DNA from: a virus
Lineage: Duplodnaviria; Caudoviricetes
Length of the DNA stretch: 26,255 nt
Strand: one strand, 5' to 3'
IMG/VR virus record: IMGVR_UViG_3300049722_000009
Location: 1 to 26,255 of that record
Below the pieces are notes generated by a model. That model had not been told where the DNA came from, did no database searches, and saw only the letters and a program-made list of their open reading frames with translations. This document shows positions 23,732 through 26,255 of this stretch, piece by piece. The position numbers and the translations under genes are program-made. Position 1 is the stretch's first letter, and every line of letters begins with the position of its first letter.

Positions 23732-24976
23732 ATGAAAATACTGTCCCTAGAAGCTCAGAACATCTTGCGGATCAAAGCCGTCCACATTGTTCCAGAAGGA
23801 CCACTAGTGGTCATAGGCGGCGAGAACAAGCAAGGCAAGACCAGTATCCTAGAAGCGATCCGCATGGCTTGCGGCGGAGCTAGGGCGCTGCCAACGGAGC
23901 CAGTACATCGGGGCGCCACAGAAGGTAGCGTACGCCTCGACCTGGGCGATCTGGTGGTCGAGTTCACGGTCGACAAGACCGGCGGATCCGTGGTCGTGCG
24001 CAACGCTGACGGCAAGAAGCAGTCGAAGCCACAGGCAATCCTAGACCGACTCTTCGACAAGATTGCGTTCAACCCTGAGCTGTTCGCCAAGCAGGCGAAG
24101 GAAGATCCAAAGAAGGCAGTTGAGACACTTAAGAAGCTGGTTGGGCTGGACTTCTCCGCGCTCGATGCTGAACGCGCACAGCTCTACGAGAAGCGCACCG
24201 GGGTCGGGAACGTACGCAGCGACGCAGAGGTCCGCATCTCCCAGTTCCCTGCTACCTGCCTTAACGCTCCAGACGACGAAGTTTCAGTCGCGGATCTACT
24301 CGCCAAGAAGGAAGCGGCGGACAAGCAAAATCTTGCAAACCAGAAGGTGAGAGACTCCTACGTTAGACTATCCGAGGCGGCGACTGAATCCGGACGGATC
24401 GCCGAGAAGGCGCAACGCGACTATGAGACAGCAAAGGCAAACGCACTCGCCGCAGCAAACGCCCTTGAGGCGTTGAAAGACGTTGCCACGGCTGACCTTG
24501 TCACCAAGATCGGCAGCGCCGAGTCCATCAATCGCATGGTTCGAGACAAGAAAGACCGCGCCAAGGCGGTGGCAACATTCACCGAGAAGGATCGCGAATA
24601 CATATCCCTCACCAAGAAGATTGAAGCCATCGACGAGAGCAAGCGACAACAGCTTGCCGCCGCTAAGTGGCCAGTTACTGGCCTCGGATTCGGTGACAAC
24701 GGCATCACCTTCAACGGCCTACCATTCGAGCAAGCCAGCCAGTCCGAGGCGCGCGTTGTCTCGTTTTCCGTAGGCGCGGCCTTGAATCCTGATCTTCGCG
24801 TCGCCCTCATCGACGATGGAGAGAAGCTCGACAAGTCCAGCATGCGACAACTGGCCCAGCTCGCCGACGAGAAAGACATGCAGGTGTGGATAGAGCGCGT
24901 CGGCGACGGAGACGCGGGAGCCATCATCATCGAAGACGGCGAAGTCGCCAACGATCTAGACAACGTCCCAATGTAG
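23732..24976 (+). CDS. SMC/Rad50/RecN-like ABC ATPase with coiled coil
   Basis: Walker A GENKQGKTS, long coiled coil, degenerate signature ASQSE, Walker B/D-loop ALIDDGEKLD. Confidence 0.9.
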   Translation: MKILSLEAQNILRIKAVHIVPEGPLVVIGGENKQGKTSILEAIRMACGGARALPTEPVHRGATEGSVRLDLGDLVVEFTVDKTGGSVVVRNADGKKQSKPQAILDRLFDKIAFNPELFAKQAKEDPKKAVETLKKLVGLDFSALDAERAQLYEKRTGVGNVRSDAEVRISQFPATCLNAPDDEVSVADLLAKKEAADKQNLANQKVRDSYVRLSEAATESGRIAEKAQRDYETAKANALAAANALEALKDVATADLVTKIGSAESINRMVRDKKDRAKAVATFTEKDREYISLTKKIEAIDESKRQQLAAAKWPVTGLGFGDNGITFNGLPFEQASQSEARVVSFSVGAALNPDLRVALIDDGEKLDKSSMRQLAQLADEKDMQVWIERVGDGDAGAIIIEDGEVANDLDNVPM

Positions 24977-24987
24977 GAGTGACCACC

Positions 24988-25878
24988 ATGGAACCCACTA
25001 CGACCCTCAGCGAATCAATCGCCAACATCTGCGCAGCGCTGGCAGAGGCGCAAGGGGCGTTCAAGCCCATCCTAAAGAACCGCACCGTCGAGGTGGCCAC
25101 GAAATCTGGCGGTACCTACACGTTCACCTACGCGACGCTTGACTCTGTCATCGACTCCACCCGCGAAGCGCTGGCCGCTAACGGCATCTGCCACACGGCC
25201 ATGATTCACGACGGAATCCTTACCGTGAAGCTCATTCACCGCAGCGGCGAGTGGTTCGGCTCATCGGTCCAGGTACCACCAAGCGGATCTGGCTGGCAGG
25301 CGTTCGGCAGCGCCATCACCTACGCTCGACGATATTTGCTTACCCCGCTGCTCGGCGTGGCCAGCGAAGAGGACGACGACGGCAACGCGGCCGAGGGTAA
25401 CCAAGTGTCGACGCCTGACCCGTTCGCGAAGCTGTGGACGGCACTCGAACGACTCGGCATCTACGAGCCAGCCGAACAGCGCACGTGGTGCGAGACCGCT
25501 CTCGCTCGCTCCCTTCCGAATGCTGACAGTATGACAGCGGCTGACCTGCCCAAGCTGCTAGAGGCTGCCAAGCGACAAGCGGAGCCAGCGCCACAGGCCA
25601 AGCCTGCCGACGTCAAAGAGTTGGCGTTGCGCCTCGCCGCCGAGCTGGGGCGACTGCTACCGCCAGCAAAGCGCGCGGACGATGCCAGCAAGAAAGAGAT
25701 CAACGACGCGAACAAGGCCGCCATGCTCTACTGGGCCAATGGCTTCCGACCGCGCGAGAAGCAAATCAGCGGATTCGGCCAGCTCACGGCCGACGAGCTG
25801 CAAGAGCTGATAGCCAAGGCCAAGGCCGGCGAGATGCCTACTCCCGAGCCTGGTCCCGACTGGATGAACAATCGTTGA
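24988..25878 (+). CDS. erf: ERF-family ssDNA annealing protein (296 aa)
   Basis: YATLDSVI and QAFGSAITYARRYLL..LLGVASEEDDDGN (ERF signature); start MEPTTT with TAGGAGTGA SD. Confidence 0.9.
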   Translation: MEPTTTLSESIANICAALAEAQGAFKPILKNRTVEVATKSGGTYTFTYATLDSVIDSTREALAANGICHTAMIHDGILTVKLIHRSGEWFGSSVQVPPSGSGWQAFGSAITYARRYLLTPLLGVASEEDDDGNAAEGNQVSTPDPFAKLWTALERLGIYEPAEQRTWCETALARSLPNADSMTAADLPKLLEAAKRQAEPAPQAKPADVKELALRLAAELGRLLPPAKRADDASKKEINDANKAAMLYWANGFRPREKQISGFGQLTADELQELIAKAKAGEMPTPEPGPDWMNNR

Positions 25879-25914
25879 TGGTGAGTTTGTGGTCTACGTG
25901 CCAGGAGGTGCTAA

Positions 25915-26255
25915 GTGCTGATCCACCACGGATACAAGACGATCCCGGTCTCCAAAATCAAAGCGCCAGGCGACATCGAGGAGATCCGCCGCGAGGCCCA
26001 TACCCTAGAGCTTGGAGAAAGCCTAGAAGCCACTGGTGGCAAGCCCATCGACCCAATCATCGTCGAGTGGGGAACATGGGCACTGCGCGGAGGGAAGCAC
26101 CGATTCGCCGCCGCGCTCAACAGCGGACTGAAAGAGGTGGACGCCATCCTGCTCGAAGGTACCCCGGAGGAAATCGAGACCGCGTGCCTGGTCGAGCAAA
26201 CCAAGCGCAGGACTGCCACCGACGCCGAGACTGCCCGCCTGGTCGAGCTCCTCCA
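25915..26255 (+). CDS. ParB/Srx-like N-terminal domain protein (partial)
   Basis: Not in ORF track; GTG start with GGAGGT SD; IPVSKI, LGESLEATG..IDPIIV, LRGGKHRFAAA..GLKEV and EQTKRR match the ParB N-domain pattern. Confidence 0.8.
   Translation, partial: MLIHHGYKTIPVSKIKAPGDIEEIRREAHTLELGESLEATGGKPIDPIIVEWGTWALRGGKHRFAAALNSGLKEVDAILLEGTPEEIETACLVEQTKRRTATDAETARLVELL

Larger units (their letters stand above)
1..26255. mobile_element. P22-like podovirus phage/prophage segment (late structural arm on minus, early arm on plus)
   Basis: TerL, portal, scaffold, capsid, adaptor, gp10-like hub and ejection genes in canonical order; ERF/AAA/ParB early genes; no host housekeeping genes, tape measure, integrase or att site visible. 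Confidence 0.95.

Noticed and set aside
1-26255. Stop-codon reassignment, introns/inteins, tRNAs, integrase/att, lysis genes
   Set aside because: Core genes are intact in the standard code at normal lengths; no intein or tRNA signatures recognised; integration and lysis functions are not visible in this window

Overview
This is a GC-rich, tailed dsDNA phage (or prophage) segment of P22-like podovirus type, with two divergent arms. The minus strand (about 19460 to 1) is the late arm: HTH regulator, two small genes (one a possible terminase small subunit), a four-gene insert, then TerL, portal, GroES-like co-chaperonin, scaffold, capsid genes, head-tail adaptor, short tailspike-anchor protein, P22 gp10-like tail hub and ejection proteins. 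The insert holds a tail-fibre-like protein, an exported Thr-rich protein, a GT-C-like polytopic membrane protein and a 27-aa mini-ORF. The plus strand (20191 onward) is the early arm: a sigma54-type promoter with phased upstream boxes, many small ORFs, an Ala-repeat protein, a lipoprotein, an SMC/Rad50-like ATPase, an ERF recombinase and a ParB-like protein. Three candidates stand out: (1) a translationally coupled putative extracytoplasmic glycosylation/surface-display cassette inside the packaging operon; (2) a tandem hairpin/pseudoknot RNA in the capsid-operon leader that reaches the SD; (3) a TGAC-N7-GTCA-type box shared by the early sigma54 enhancer region and the capsid promoter -35. All protein calls come from motif recognition by eye and gene order; no database searches were run.
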